NCBI GenBank assembly: GCA_963826115.1
Contig: CAWGVS010000007.1
Location: forward strand, 1-64,000
Origin: an uncultured Candidatus Rokubacteria bacterium
Lineage (GTDB): Bacteria; Methylomirabilota; Methylomirabilia; Rokubacteriales; DASRDR01
Direction: 5' to 3'
DNA length: 64,000 nt
Numbering within the stretch: position 1 is the stretch's first letter; each line of letters begins with the position of its first letter. The notes beneath the pieces were generated by a model that searched no databases, was not told where the DNA came from, and was given only the letters and a program-made list of their open reading frames with translations. The position numbers and the translations under genes are program-made. This document shows positions 52,213 to 61,984 of the stretch, in pieces.

Positions 52213-53760
52213 TCAGCTCCGCCCACCGGCCGCGCGCAGGCGCGCCTCCACGTCCTCGACGCTCACGCCGACGCCTTCCTTGAGCGCCTGGGCCATGGAC
52301 CCCCCCTGACCGAGCCGCTCGAGAAGGGCGCGGATGCCGCTGATCCCGCCCCGATCCACCAGGTACTCGGCCACGATGTGGGACAGCTGGTAGGCCGAAC
52401 CGACCGCGTTCGAGCGAAACAGACGCTCCAGTCCGTCGAGCGTGAAGTACTGACGGTCCAGGACCACGTCGGTCTCGATCAACCGCGGCGCGGAGCGGGG
52501 CTCCATCACCTGGGCCAGTCCCTCGTGGAGCCACCGGGGCGCGTTGCCGCGCGTGGCCTGGTGGATCAAGAGGTGCGTGTACTCGTGCCGCACCAGCCGA
52601 TCGAGCCCGACCGAGCCCGACTGGGACGCCGACATCCGGAGACGGAGCTTCTGGTAGTCGTAGAAGCCGAGCACGTGCTCGGCGAACTCGGGCGGGATGC
52701 CGCCGAGCTCCGCGAACGTCTTCGTCGCGTAGATGCCAGCCTGGACCCGCTCCTTCGGATACACTCCGAGGTCGCGCCCGAGCGACTCGTAGGCGCGCTC
52801 GAGGGAGTCGGCCACGGACCGGCCCACCTCTATCCCGCCGCCCCCCTCGTAGCGAACGAGGAAGTGCGGGCTCTCCTGGCTCCAGTACCCGCCCTCGACG
52901 GTCTGCTCCCGCTCGAGCCGCGCCAGGAGGGTCTTGCCGCGAGCGTGTCCGGCGTCGCGGGCCAGGAGCCGCCGGAGCGTCTCCACCGCCTCTCGCGTGC
53001 GACCCTGCCGCTCCTGGACGTCCGCCAGGAGATAGAGGAGCTCCGGGTCGTCCGGGAAGGCCCGTAGCGCCTGCTCCAGCACCGCTTGGGCCCGCGACAG
53101 CTCGCCCGCGCTGCCATGGGCGATCGCCAGCCCCGCCCAGTGCGCCCGCTCGGGCGACGCCTCCACGGCCTGCCGGTAGAACTCCGCCGCCTCCCCGTAC
53201 TTGCCGGCCTGGTACGCGTCGCGGCCGAGTCGCCCGTAGCACCCGCCGAGCGACCGCTGGATGTCGTCGCGCCGGGTCCGCGCCGCCAGGTCGCGGTAGC
53301 GCTCGCAGGCTGCCGCGATCTCGCCCCGCTGGTAGAGCGCGTGCGCCTCGCGCGCCGCGCGGGCGTCCGCGTCGTCGCCGGCGGGCGCCGCCGTCGGCTC
53401 CACGACACGGGGCAACGTCGGCTCCGGCCGCGCGTCGTCGACGCCGACCGCGGAGGACCCCGCGCCGGCCGAGGGCGCGGCCCTCCGCTGCGCCTCCCAC
53501 CAGCGCATCAGGAACGGGCCGGTCACCCCCAGGACGAGCGCGGCCGCCAGCACGAGGTTCAGCCGCGCGAGGGTCGTGCCGCGGGGCGTCGGGGACGCCG
53601 CCGGGGCCGGTGTCGATGCCGGTGTCGATGGAGGAACGGGCGCCGGAGTCGACGCGGCCGTCGGCGCGGGCGGAGCCACCGCCACGCGGGGGTCCTTCTG
53701 GCACTTCGGACACTGCTCGGTACCGTCGGGGAGATTGGCCCAGCAGGATCGGCAGAACAT
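52213..53760 (-). CDS. Zn-ribbon, TM, TPR and peptidase MA-like (HExxH) protein
   Basis: CRSC...CPKC, Pro-rich linker, TM helix, TPRs, VRHEYTH...PRWLHEGLA. Confidence 0.8.
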   Translation of the reverse strand: MFCRSCWANLPDGTEQCPKCQKDPRVAVAPPAPTAASTPAPVPPSTPASTPAPAASPTPRGTTLARLNLVLAAALVLGVTGPFLMRWWEAQRRAAPSAGAGSSAVGVDDARPEPTLPRVVEPTAAPAGDDADARAAREAHALYQRGEIAAACERYRDLAARTRRDDIQRSLGGCYGRLGRDAYQAGKYGEAAEFYRQAVEASPERAHWAGLAIAHGSAGELSRAQAVLEQALRAFPDDPELLYLLADVQERQGRTREAVETLRRLLARDAGHARGKTLLARLEREQTVEGGYWSQESPHFLVRYEGGGGIEVGRSVADSLERAYESLGRDLGVYPKERVQAGIYATKTFAELGGIPPEFAEHVLGFYDYQKLRLRMSASQSGSVGLDRLVRHEYTHLLIHQATRGNAPRWLHEGLAQVMEPRSAPRLIETDVVLDRQYFTLDGLERLFRSNAVGSAYQLSHIVAEYLVDRGGISGIRALLERLGQGGSMAQALKEGVGVSVEDVEARLRAAGGRS

Positions 53761-53786
53761 CGGCCGCGGCGCGGGGCCGGCCGGAG

Positions 53787-54224
53787 CTAGGGCTCCAGGA
53801 GGAACAGCGGCTGACCATACTCGACCGGCTGCGCGTTCTCGACCAGCACCTTGACCACGCGGCCGGCGACCTTGGACTCGATCTCGTTCATGAGCTTCAT
53901 CGCCTCGATGATGCAGACGACCTGCCCCTTCTTCACGCGGTCCCCGTCGCGGAGGAACGGCTGGGCGTCCGGGGACGCCGCCCGGTAGAAGGTCCCCACC
54001 ATGGGCGCCTCGATCGTGAGGAGGTGCGCCTCGCTGGCGGAGGTGGTGGGCGCCGCCGCAGGCGTCCCGGCAATCGCCGGCGGAGCGGCGGGAGCCGCTG
54101 ACGCGGCGACCGGCGCCGGCTCGCGCCGCAGGCGGATGCGGACCCCTTCCCGCTCCACCTCGACCTCGGTGAGGCCGTAGTCGCGGAGGAGGTCGGCGAG
54201 CCGCCGGATCTCGCGCTGGCTCAC
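53787..54224 (-). CDS. accB: Biotin carboxyl carrier protein
   Basis: APMVGTFYR, IIEAMKLMNEI, VEYGQPLF; GTG start. Confidence 0.96.
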   Translation of the reverse strand: MSQREIRRLADLLRDYGLTEVEVEREGVRIRLRREPAPVAASAAPAAPPAIAGTPAAAPTTSASEAHLLTIEAPMVGTFYRAASPDAQPFLRDGDRVKKGQVVCIIEAMKLMNEIESKVAGRVVKVLVENAQPVEYGQPLFLLEP

Positions 54225-54231
54225 GGCGTCC

Positions 54232-54789
54232 TCAGGCCCGCTCGATGTAGGCCCCGGTGCGCGTGTCGATCCGGAGCATCTCGCCCTGGTCGATGAAGAG
54301 CGGCACGTGCACGACGGCACCGGTCTCGAGCGTCGCCGGCTTGGAGCCGCCCGACGCCGTGTCGCCCCGGAGACCCGGGTCCGTCTTGACGACCTCGAGC
54401 TCGACGAAGTTCGGGACGTCGACGCCCGCCGGCACCCCGTTGATGATGTAGACGTCGACTTCCATGGTCTCCTTGAGCCAGTTCGACGCTTCGCCGACCA
54501 CGTCGGGCGGGAGCGCGATCTGCTCGAAGGTCTCGAGATTCATGAAGTGGAAGTTGTCGTCCTTGTAGAGGTACTGCATCGAGCGCTGCTCGTAGTCGAC
54601 CAGCCCGACCTTCTCGCCGGCCCGGAAGGTCTTGTCGACGACCCGACCAAGCCTGAGGTGCTTCAGCTTGGTCCGGACGAACGCGCCGCCCTTGCCGGGC
54701 TTCACGTGCTGGAACTCGACGATGTTGTACGGCTGCCCGTCGAGCTCGATCTTCAGGCCCCTCCGGAACTCCGCGGTCGACACCTGCAT
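54232..54789 (-). CDS. efp: Elongation factor P
   Basis: [27 protein letters not shown]. Confidence 0.98.
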   Translation of the reverse strand: MQVSTAEFRRGLKIELDGQPYNIVEFQHVKPGKGGAFVRTKLKHLRLGRVVDKTFRAGEKVGLVDYEQRSMQYLYKDDNFHFMNLETFEQIALPPDVVGEASNWLKETMEVDVYIINGVPAGVDVPNFVELEVVKTDPGLRGDTASGGSKPATLETGAVVHVPLFIDQGEMLRIDTRTGAYIERA

Positions 54790-54791
54790 CG

Positions 54792-55421
54792 CTAACCTCG
54801 TGGCCGCCGCGCCGCCCCTCGCGGCCGTCCGAGGTCGCCGAGGCGTGCGCGGGCCGTCTCATGATCGGGCTGCCGGACGAGAATCCGGCTGAACACCGCC
54901 GTGGCCTCGTCGCCGAGCCCCTGCCCGAGGCAGAGGTCGCCGAACGCGACCGTCGCGTACGTATCGTCGACGAGGAGCGGCCAGACGCCGCCCACGTCGC
55001 CCGTGCCCCGCGCCGTGACGCCCACCTCGAGCGCCCGGGTCAATCCCTGCACTCCCCGGTCGTGGGGATCCAGCGCCGTGAGTCGCCGCGCGTACCCGAG
55101 CGCCGCGGCCGGGTCACCCGCCCGGAGCGCGCACTCGACGGCGATGCGCAGCGCCGGCTCGTGCTCCGCCTCCCCCGCGAGGAACCGCTGGATCTCCGCG
55201 CGCGCCGCCTCGACGTCGCCGCGCTCGAGCAGCGCCTTCGCGAGGACGAGCCGGGTGGTGGCATACCCCGGGTGACGCGCCAGTCCCTCGCGGCAGAGCG
55301 TCACTGCTTCCTCGATCCGACCCGCCCGGCGGTAGGCCTCGGCCAGCGCCGCATAGGCCTGGGAGGTGGGCTCCCGGGCCAGCCGCGCCTCGAACTGTCG
55401 GATCTCGTCGGTGGTCGGCAA
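54792..55421 (-). CDS. TPR protein
   Basis: [14 protein letters not shown]...GLARHP; TTG at 55421 chosen because the GTG at 55454 lies inside the -10 box. Confidence 0.78.
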   Translation of the reverse strand: MPTTDEIRQFEARLAREPTSQAYAALAEAYRRAGRIEEAVTLCREGLARHPGYATTRLVLAKALLERGDVEAARAEIQRFLAGEAEHEPALRIAVECALRAGDPAAALGYARRLTALDPHDRGVQGLTRALEVGVTARGTGDVGGVWPLLVDDTYATVAFGDLCLGQGLGDEATAVFSRILVRQPDHETARARLGDLGRPRGAARRPRG

Positions 55422-55446
55422 GCGATGTCTCGACCTGGCCCGAGCC

Positions 55447-55572
55447 GGCCCCACTATACGGGCGCGCCTCCGAGCTTGTCAACGTCGGTGAAGCGCAAAC
55501 TCGCGTCGTGCCGGCGCTTCCGGACCGTTCTCGGTCGTTGGTCCGCGTGGCGGGCCCCGGTATAGTGGGGCC
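55447..55572. promoter_or_regulatory. Divergent sigma70 promoters bounded by a perfect 13-bp inverted repeat
   Basis: Leftward TTGACA-18-TATAGT; rightward TTGGTC-17-TATAGT; GTATAGTGGGGCC present on both strands. Confidence 0.7.
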
Positions 55573-56688
55573 ATGCTCCGGGTCCGGCGCCGGCTGGCCG
55601 CGATCGGGACGGGCATCGCGCTCGCCACGGCCCCTGGTCTCGTGCCGGCCGCAGCCCAAACCGCCCCCGCGCGCGGACGCCCGGGGACCCCCCGCACCTA
55701 CCTCATCCACCTGATCGACGGCGGCGATCCGATCGTGGTCCAGAAGTACACGGAGGAGGCGGGCCAGATCCGGTTCGAGAAGTACGGCGGATGGGTGTCG
55801 ATCCCGAGCTACGAGGTGCGCCGCATCGTCCCGGGCGACTCCCCGACCGATTCGGCCGAGCTGGCCGGGGTCCTCCCGCCGGACGCCTCCGCCGACACCC
55901 CGGCGCCGCTCTACGTCACTACCCGCTCGGGCGCCGCGCTCCGCGTCACCCAGGTCGGCACGGCGGGCTCCGAGGTGCGCGTCCGCACGCCCGAGGGCTC
56001 GCTCACCATGCCGCGCGCGGACCTCGTCGGGGTCGTGCGCGTCCCCGCGCCGCCCGCCCAGCCCGAGGCATGGATCACCCTCTGGAACCAGGACGGCGGC
56101 GCAGCGCGACCCACGCTTCCGCCCGAGCTCCGCCCGCCGACGCGCCCGCCCGCCCTCAGCAACCGGCCGCACCTCCTCCAGCTCGCGAGCGGGGTCGTCA
56201 TCCAGGTGGACAGCTTCTGGCTCGAGGGCGGGGAGATCCGGTTCCGCCGGCTCGGCGGCATCGTGGGATTCGCCCTCGGCGAGGTCGCCCGGCTGCTCCC
56301 GCAGGAGGTCGAGTCGGTTCGCGGCCGCCTCGCGGCCCGGTTCGTGCGCCGGCTCGGTCCCGATCGGCTCGAGGTCCGCCTCGGCAACGAGCCGCGGCGC
56401 GTGCGACTGATCGGCGTCGAGCCGGTGCCCGGGGCCGCCGAGGGACTCGACGACCCCTGGGCCGGGCTCGACCGCGGGCTCCTGGTCCACCTCGAGTTCG
56501 ACCGCGAGCGGTCGGGCGCCGAGGGTGACTGGCTCGCGTACCTCTACCTGCCGAGCGGGCGAATGCTGAACGCCGAGCTGATCCGGGTGGGGCTCGCCCG
56601 ACCGCGGAGCGACGGCCGGAACCTGCGCTACCTAGACCTCTTCGAGGAGCTCGTCCGGAAAGACGCACCCCCGCCGCCGGCGCCCTGA
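55573..56688 (+). CDS. Secreted protein with three small beta repeats and a degenerate thermonuclease (SNase) domain
   Basis: Signal peptide; VRLIGV, LAYLYLPSGRMLNAELIRVGLA; ATG 6 nt after the -10 box (leaderless). Confidence 0.78.
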   Translation: MLRVRRRLAAIGTGIALATAPGLVPAAAQTAPARGRPGTPRTYLIHLIDGGDPIVVQKYTEEAGQIRFEKYGGWVSIPSYEVRRIVPGDSPTDSAELAGVLPPDASADTPAPLYVTTRSGAALRVTQVGTAGSEVRVRTPEGSLTMPRADLVGVVRVPAPPAQPEAWITLWNQDGGAARPTLPPELRPPTRPPALSNRPHLLQLASGVVIQVDSFWLEGGEIRFRRLGGIVGFALGEVARLLPQEVESVRGRLAARFVRRLGPDRLEVRLGNEPRRVRLIGVEPVPGAAEGLDDPWAGLDRGLLVHLEFDRERSGAEGDWLAYLYLPSGRMLNAELIRVGLARPRSDGRNLRYLDLFEELVRKDAPPPPAP

Positions 56689-56731
56689 GCGCGCGGCGGC
56701 GGGGGCGGTGTGCGACCCGCGCCGTCCCCGC

Positions 56732-57329
56732 CTACGCGCAGGGGTTGTTGCTGGCGGGCGTGACCGGGACGAAGGCTGCCGCCCGTGACGATTGACGCCG
56801 TGCCGTCGACGATCGCAGTCACGGTCCCGCCGCCGGCGGGCGCCACGGTCCCGCACGGGAGGGAGAGGGTGGTCCGGTACACCCCGTCCACCAGCTCGCC
56901 CTCCGGCCCGTCGATGCTCCCCACGCTGGTGGTCACGATCACCTTGTGCGTCCCGGCGAGCCTCACGCCGTTCTTGTTCGTCGCGACCACGATGACGGTC
57001 GCCCGTCGGCCGATGTCCACGGAGTTGGGCGTGACCGCGACGGTGACGGTGATCGCGCCCACGGCCCCGCTGTTCGCGTCACCGACGACCTGCACCGGTC
57101 CGGCGGTGCCGGTGGGGCAGGCCGCCAGCGCCCGGGTGCTCCCCGAATTCCCTTGCGCGAGTGGCGTCTCATTGCACGCAAAGGTTGGCCCGGTGGTGGC
57201 GTTGTTGTCCGAGCACGCCTGGAGCAGGGTGCCGGCCACCAGGACGAGGATCAGGGCCATCGGGGTCCATGGGCGGCCGGCCCACGAGCGACGGCGTCTT
57301 GTGCTAGGCGGTGACAGTGTCGCGTCCAT
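56732..57329 (-). CDS. Lipoprotein with Ig-like (Big/invasin-type) domain; probable +1 frameshift near 56774
   Basis: LQAC lipobox, T/V-rich beta strands; removing one C gives FVPVTPASNNPCA-stop and removes the overlap with the convergent gene. Confidence 0.68.
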
Positions 57330-57341
57330 GGTCCTGGCCCC

Positions 57342-57792
57342 CTAGAAGACCGTGATGAGCACGGAGTCGAAGGCGTCTTCTGCGCTGGCGGTGATGGTGG
57401 CCGTGCCGCGGTCGGTCGTGGCGCAGAACGTCACGGTCGCCACCCCGCGGGTGGTCGTGACCACGTTCACCTGCGTGATGCCCGCCGCGGACGTGGCGGT
57501 GTCAGCTGAAGCAGCAGAGCGACGTCGCGAAGTTGACCGTCGTTCCGTCGACAAGCTGGCCCTTGACGGTGGACACCTTGGCCTGGACCAGCGCGCATCC
57601 GCCGATGTTCGGGGACGCGGGTGATCCAGACGACGCCCCCCGGAGGACGTTGGGGCTGGCGACGAGGTCGAGGATGAAGCCCGACGCGGCGCTCGGCTGC
57701 GTGCCTCCGCTCCGGTTGGGTCCGTCGCAGCTCGCCAGCGCCACTCCGAGGAGGAAAATGCACAGCATCAGTCCCCAGGGCATCCTTCGCAT
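57342..57792 (-). CDS. Lipoprotein with Ig-like (Big_1-type) domain; frameshift near 57505
   Basis: LASC lipobox; VDGTTVNFATS in one frame continues as GVATVTF...GTATITAS in another. Confidence 0.7.
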
Positions 57793-57827
57793 CGGCTCAC
57801 TCTCCGTTGCCCGCGTTCGAGCGCGGG

Positions 57828-58913
57828 TCATTCCTGGATCTCCCGCAGCACTTGGAGGACCGTCTCCGCCGGCACCTCGTCGCACACCTCGGCCCGCCCC
57901 ACGCGCCGCATCAGCACGAAGGGGACCCGGCCGTCCCGAGCTTTCTTGTCGTGGCGCAGCGCATCGGCGATCGCGCGCGGGTCGACCCCGCCGAACCGGG
58001 TCGGGAGCCCGACGTCGCGCAGGAGCGCGTCCTGGCGCGCCGCCGCGGCCGCGTCGGTCCAGCCCATGCGCACCGCGATCCGCCCCGCGCCGGCCATCCC
58101 GATGGCGACCGCCTCGCCGTGGAGCCACCGGCGGTACCCGGTCAGGGCCTCGAGCGCGTGGCCGATGGTGTGGCCGTAGTTCAGCACCATGCGCAGGCCG
58201 GTCTCCTCGCGCTCGTCCTGCTCGACGATCCGGGCCTTCGCGGCGCAGCACGTCGCCACCACGGCCTCGAGCAGGCTCGCGTCCCGGCGACGGAGCGCGT
58301 CGAGACCGGTCTCGAGCGTCCGGAACAGGTCGGCGTCCAGGGCCGCGCCCGTCTTCACCACCTCGGCGAGGCCCGAGCGGTACTCTCGCTCCGGCAAGGT
58401 CCGGAGGGCCTCCGGGTCGATGAGGACCAGGCGGGGCTGGTGGAACGCGCCGAGCAGGTTCTTGCCCCGGGCGTGGTTGACCGCGACCTTGCCGCCGACC
58501 GACGCGTCGACCTGGGCGAGCAGGGTCGTCGGCACCTGGACCACGGGCAGGCCGCGCATGAACGTCGCGGCCGCGAACCCCGCCAGGTCGCCCACCACGC
58601 CGCCGCCGACCGCGACGACCGGCGAGGACCGGTCGAGCCCGTGCGCGACGAAGCCGTCCCAGAGGCGCTCAGCCTCGCGGAGGCTCTTGCTCTCCTCGCC
58701 CTCGGTCACCTCGAGGACCGTCGGCTCGAAGCCGGCGCCCCGCAGGCTGGTGGTCACGCGCGCCGCGTGCGCACGCACCGCGGGCTGCGTGACGACGGCC
58801 GCCCGGCGCCCGAGCCGCAGCTTGGCGCAGGCCGGCCCGGCCGCGTCGAGAAGACCCGGTCCGATCTGGACCGCGTAGCTCCGGGCCCCGAGCTGCACCA
58901 TGACCTCCTGCAC
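57828..58913 (-). CDS. aroB: 3-dehydroquinate synthase
   Basis: GGGVVGDLAGF, PTTLLAQVDASVGGK, LNYGHTIGHALE, HGEAV. Confidence 0.97.
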   Translation of the reverse strand: MQEVMVQLGARSYAVQIGPGLLDAAGPACAKLRLGRRAAVVTQPAVRAHAARVTTSLRGAGFEPTVLEVTEGEESKSLREAERLWDGFVAHGLDRSSPVVAVGGGVVGDLAGFAAATFMRGLPVVQVPTTLLAQVDASVGGKVAVNHARGKNLLGAFHQPRLVLIDPEALRTLPEREYRSGLAEVVKTGAALDADLFRTLETGLDALRRRDASLLEAVVATCCAAKARIVEQDEREETGLRMVLNYGHTIGHALEALTGYRRWLHGEAVAIGMAGAGRIAVRMGWTDAAAAARQDALLRDVGLPTRFGGVDPRAIADALRHDKKARDGRVPFVLMRRVGRAEVCDEVPAETVLQVLREIQE

Positions 58914-58927
58914 CGCCTCGTGCGTCT

Positions 58928-59548
58928 CTACCGGATGAAGAAGTGGAACCGCTGCCGCTCGGCCTTCGGGTACGTCTTGGAGGCGTCGAGCAGCGTGCCG
59001 ACCCGGATCTCCGTCAGCCGGATCTCGAAGAGCGTGTCCTGGATCTGGTTCTGCATGAACGCCACCGCGTCGAGGTTCCGGCGGCGGGCCAGCTCGGAGT
59101 CGGCGCGCGTGTTCGGGTCGCTCGCGAACTCGCCGGTCGCCGCGAAGGCGCTGACCACCGCCTGAGCGTACGCGCGCGTCTGCTCGCGGAGCCGGGCGAT
59201 CGCGTCGTCCAGGCGCTTGGCCTCGAGCTCCACGATGCTCTGGTACACGCGCGGCATCGTCGTGGGCAGGCGCTCGACCGGGCAGGGCGGCGGCGGGATC
59301 GCCGCCCCGCCGCGCGTGACCTTCTCGACCCGATCGCAGCCCACCGCGAAGACGTACTGGCTCTCGTCGTCGCGGAAGAAGATCCAGGGCGGGTCCTCGG
59401 CGTAGAAGCTCGCCTTGATGGGCTCGTTGCGCGCCCACAGGTGAATCGAGTACTCCTGCGCGAGCGCGGGCGAAGCCGTCCCGGCGAGCAACGCGCCGCC
59501 GACGACGACGCCCAGGCCCAGCCGCGACACGAGCCGCCGGTTCGTCAT
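58928..59548 (-). CDS. Secreted hypothetical protein (small beta domain plus helical region)
   Basis: Signal peptide ending ALA; TGATG overlap with the corrected pilQ end. Confidence 0.7.
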   Translation of the reverse strand: MTNRRLVSRLGLGVVVGGALLAGTASPALAQEYSIHLWARNEPIKASFYAEDPPWIFFRDDESQYVFAVGCDRVEKVTRGGAAIPPPPCPVERLPTTMPRVYQSIVELEAKRLDDAIARLREQTRAYAQAVVSAFAATGEFASDPNTRADSELARRRNLDAVAFMQNQIQDTLFEIRLTEIRVGTLLDASKTYPKAERQRFHFFIR

Positions 59549-61376
59549 CACCGATCTCCCACCGGGCTTGCGGGGGCCGCGACGGCCGCGGGGCGCAGCG
59601 CCGCCGAGGAGGAGACCAGCGCCGGCGCGAGGGCCGCCGACGTCACGGTCCGCGGGGTCGTCGCCGGCGCCTCGCCGGTCGGCCCCGGAGGCGTGGTCGT
59701 GCCAGGCGCGGGGCACCCGGCGCGACGGGCAACGACGGCGGGGCGACGCCGGCCTGGCCGGGGGTCGACACGACCTTCGCCGTGAGGAAGACCACCAGCT
59801 CGCGCCGCGACGTCTCCGTCAGGTCGTTCTTGAAGAGCCACCCGAGCACGGGGATCTTCGACAGCCACGGGATCCCCTTCTCGTCGTTCTGGAAGGCTTC
59901 CTGGCGAAGGCCGGCGATGACGACGGTCCCGCCGTCCACGATGTCCGCCTGCGTGATCGTGTTGCGCGTGGCGACGACCGGCGCGATCAGGAACGTGGTG
60001 TTGATCCGCTCCACCGCGACCTCGTCCTTCACCGCGATGTTCAGCACGATGCGCCCGTCACCCACGACCCGCGGCGTGACCTGGAGCCGGGTCGTGACGT
60101 CCTGGAAGGTGATCGAGGCCTGCTGCGAGCCCTGCACCGCCGTGAGGCTGATGATCGGGAACTTGGTGCCGCTCGCCACCGTGGCCGGCTGGTTGTCCAC
60201 GGTCATCAGGCTCGGGGACGACAGGATGCGGGCCCGACGCTGCCCTTCCAGCGCCTGCAGCTGGATGTCGAGCGCGAAGTTGGACGCGAGCCAGCCGAGC
60301 CCGATGCCGAAGGGCGTCGCGCCGGCCATCAGCGTGCCCATCGTGGCGGGCAGGTTCAAGGCCGTCGTGGGTTGCGCAGCAGTCGCCGTGTCCCCGGAGA
60401 CCGGCCCGCCCGGCGGCGCGCCGCGCACGTCGATGACGGGGCCGTTCCCCGAGTTCCGCGGGGTCCACGCGCCGCCCCAGATGACGCCGAGCGAGCGCGC
60501 GTCGCCGCGCTGCATCTCGACCAGCCGCGCCTCGATGAGGACCGACGGCGCGGGCCGGTCGACCTTGTCGATGAAGGACCGGATCTTGGCCAGGTTGTCG
60601 GGGATGTCGCGGATGATCAGCGAGTTCGTCCGCTGGTCGACGGTCAGCGAGCCGCGGGGCGAGAGCATGCCCGCGGACTTGCCCTCTTCCTTCTTGATGC
60701 CGCCGGTGATCGCCTCCTCGACGCCCTTCTCCTCCAGGGTCGTGATCGAGTCGGTGAAGAAGTCGATCGTCTGCACGCGCTTGATACCGACGTGGCTATA
60801 CCGGAGCTTGACCACTTCCTCGGCCGTCGGAGCCAGCAGACCCTCGATCTCCTGGCGCTTGACCTCGAACCGCTGGCGGGCCAGCGCGGCCTCGCGCTCC
60901 TGGTCGGCGATCCGGAGGTCGAACTCCTTCCGCCGCTGCTGGATGTCGACCTCGCGCTGCTCGGCCCGGAAGGCCGCTTCGGCCTCCTTGGTGAGGTTCT
61001 CGAGCTTGTCGACCCGGATGATGTTGCCTTCCTGAACGTACGCGAGCTTGGAGGCCCGCACGACCGAGTCCAGGGCCTGCTGCCAGGGGACGTTCTGGAG
61101 CTTGACCGTCACCTTGCCCTTGACGTCGTCGCTCGTGACGATGTTGAGGCCGCTGAACTCGGCGAGGATGCGGAGGAGGTTGTTGATATCCGCGTCCTTG
61201 AAGTCCAGCGAGATGAGGCGGGGCCGCTGTGGGCCGCTCGCCGTCTGGGCGACGATCGGCGCGCGGAGCTGAGCCAACAGCACGGGGCCGCGGACGACCT
61301 CTTCTCCCCTTGCCGCCCCCGCGAGAGCAAAGGTCCAGGCACAGCCCAGGAGGATCAGGACTCCTCGTCTAGCCAC
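59548..61376 (-). CDS. pilQ: Type IV pilus secretin PilQ (as assembled stops at 59643; -1 indel near 59712 affects only the tail)
   Basis: ISLDFKDADI, NVPWQQALD, VDQRTNSLII, VLIEARLVE, GIPWLSKIPVLGWLFK. Confidence 0.93.
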
Positions 61377-61432
61377 GCCGCTCCCCCCCATCCTCGACCG
61401 TCGCGATTGGGCCGCGATGGCCACAGGCTTTC

Positions 61433-61966
61433 TCACTGTCCGTCCGGTCTCGGCAACCGGAGCTCGACGGTCCGCTCTCGCGTACCCACCCCGGGAACGT
61501 CCTCCCGGATCACGAACCGCACGCGGTCCCGCTCCAACGCGACGACCTTCCCGCCGAACTTCTCCTCGTTGAGGCGCAGGTAGTAGCCGAGGCCGTCCGG
61601 CGTCTCGACGAGCGCACGGATCGATTCGGTGTCCCGCACGTCCCAGACGATGCCCACGAGCCTGAGGTTCGCCACTTCCTGCGTCTTGCGCTCCTCGCCC
61701 GGCTCGAGCCGCCGCACCAAGGGCTCGAAGGGATCCCGCGGACCCCCGGAAGCCGGCGCCCCAGCCGCGGGTGCCCCGGCCGCCGCGTCGGCGGGCGCCG
61801 CGGGCGCCGTCGGAGCGACGGCCGGCGCCGGCGCCTTGGGAGCCGGCAGCGGCGTGGGAAACTTCGGCTGAGACTGGGCCCAGGCCGCGGCCGCCAGAAG
61901 GCTCCCGGCGACGATCGTCGCCAGCCCGAGCCCGCTCGACCGAGACCACCCTGGCAGGTCCATCAT
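61433..61966 (-). CDS. pilP: PilP-like protein
   Basis: RDPFEPL, LRLVGIVW, ALVETPDGLGY, GKVV; between pilO and pilQ. Confidence 0.85.
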   Translation of the reverse strand: MMDLPGWSRSSGLGLATIVAGSLLAAAAWAQSQPKFPTPLPAPKAPAPAVAPTAPAAPADAAAGAPAAGAPASGGPRDPFEPLVRRLEPGEERKTQEVANLRLVGIVWDVRDTESIRALVETPDGLGYYLRLNEEKFGGKVVALERDRVRFVIREDVPGVGTRERTVELRLPRPDGQ

Positions 61967-61984
61967 TTCCTCCGTCGTCGTCCG

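Noticed and set aside
57500-57510. Selenocysteine or read-through at the TGA in the Ig-like lipoprotein
   Set aside because: The continuation is in a different frame, so read-through would not restore the protein
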